64,000 bases of DNA from Narcine bancroftii (taxonomy: Eukaryota). Numbering within the stretch: the first letter of the stretch is position 1; the number at the start of each line of letters is the position of its first letter. The notes under the pieces are model-generated. The model was not told the DNA's origin, did not search any database, and worked only from the letters and a program-made list of their open reading frames with translations. The translations under genes were made by a program, and so were the position numbers. The stretch spans positions 33,418,001 through 33,482,000 of the forward strand of contig NC_091480.1 of NCBI RefSeq assembly GCF_036971445.1, given 5' to 3'. This document shows, piece by piece, positions 62,704 through 64,000 of this stretch.

Positions 62704-63949
62704 TGCACTTAAATTCTTGAGGAATAGTTCTGACCCAAAACACTAATGTTCTTTTTCTCCCACTGTTGCTGCTCGGCCCACTGAATTCCTCCTGCAGATT
62801 TGTGTTTTTTTGCTCCAGCGTTTGCTCATTTGGGAAGAAGTGTTTGACCATCAAGGCTGCAAACTCAAACACTAAAAACATGATCTACTCATTAGTAATG
62901 ATCCCTGCTTTCCTGCATTCTTCTGAACTTTGGTCAACTTGCAGTAGGTAACTCAAAGTACTAGAGTGATACCACCAACGGTGTCTACAGAATCCTCAAT
63001 CTATTGGAAGAATAAGCAAACACGCGTCACAGTTCTCTCCAGGGCCAATATCCTCATCGTTGAGGCTGGGATTACATTGATAGCTCTGATAGGCAAACCA
63101 TGTCATTTTCATGCACAACATCCGTTCCTGAAGCACTCAAAGTATGTTTGGTAGAGTCTAGCATCTCCGCAGAGGAGTCACTGGCACTTGACCTGGCATT
63201 GAGAATCTCATGTGTTTTCATTGGAGATGCACTGGAGCTCGATGTAAACCTCCGAAGGAATGCAGCAGTTCAAACTGCCTACTTCATAAAATCTCATCTT
63301 GCCCCAGGGCCTCAGATCCTTGGCTGTCTCAACACGCATAAACTGGAGTGGAAGGAAATCTCCCTCAACTCTGAGGGAGACGCTGAAGAAGAACAATGAA
63401 TGTTCTATCAAGGTTCTAAAACTGGAAAAAGAGGTGGGGAACCATTGTTCGCTTCAGCGAGGAGCTGAAGAAGGTTGACAAAGTAACTAGCAATGAGGTT
63501 AGGCATTGGCCAGAGGTAAATGCTGGCTCATGGAAGCAGAATGAGATCAACATTGAATTTTGTGGGAAGGCCACTGGCTTTGAACAGCTTTCTCAAACTG
63601 GGAGGGTCCACCTAAGAAAAGTGCCAAACACGTTGTGATTAGCATATGACCAATAGGTAGCTGCTTCAAGGGAAAAGAGAAACTGCAAGTGGGAAGGAGA
63701 GGGTGAAAAAAAGAGGTCAAACAAGCTGACCTTTTTAAAAGATCTCACCTCTATGATTATGTCTTTCACTGTTTATTTTCCCTTCGGATACCTATCTAGT
63801 TGCCTGTTATAAATCAGTGAGTTCATAGAATGCATTTGGGACTATTTCCTGGAACAGTTTGTCATGGGATTGGGTTGGGAAGAGGGTGTTTTATTGTGGC
63901 TGTGAAGAGACTATTTGGTTGAATGAGTCCACACATTCTGTACTACTAC

Positions 63950-64000
63950 AGGGTGGCACGATTAGCATAGCATTTAGTGCAATGCCTTAAAAGTGCCATA
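63950..64000 (+). mobile_element. Start of a tRNA-derived SINE (cut by the window end)
   Basis: gggtggcacgattagcatagcatttagtgcaatgcc matches the SINE head. Confidence 0.55.

Noticed and set aside
54930-64000. Exons of expected neighbours (RHBDF1, IL9R/IL21R, MGRN1)
   Set aside because: No translation in the ORF track or in the stretches I read resembled them; short ORFs such as 58987-59172 and 63208-63411 had no recognisable homology. Small exons could have been missed.

Overview
Vertebrate genomic DNA, most likely a cartilaginous fish (ray/skate/shark), judging from the HE1-type SINEs and the CR1, Rex1, Penelope, L1 and RTE repeat mix. Four intron-containing genes can be rebuilt from splice sites and protein similarity. 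These are the first coding exon of a C16orf96/QRICH2-family gene (-), a complete CDIP1 (+; 4 coding exons, 211 aa), exons 2-3 of POLR3K (-; exon 1 probably lost in an N gap) and a complete SNRNP25 (+; 5 coding exons, 171 aa). Introns and intergenic DNA are dense with decayed transposons, and both N gaps sit at putative promoters. I found no convincing new protein-coding system. The most notable non-coding features are: (i) a ~5.3 kb 30-bp minisatellite in POLR3K intron 1 with a ~3.2 kb higher-order duplication, mirrored by G-rich arrays in SNRNP25 intron 1; (ii) a Tigger4/Zombi-like transposon that, from memory, looks very close to the mammalian family; (iii) three near-identical RTE copies able to form competing inverted pairs around SNRNP25 exons; (iv) a twin-primed, 5'-inverted L1 with its target-site duplication. 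Family names and comparisons with human come from recognition, not from database searches.
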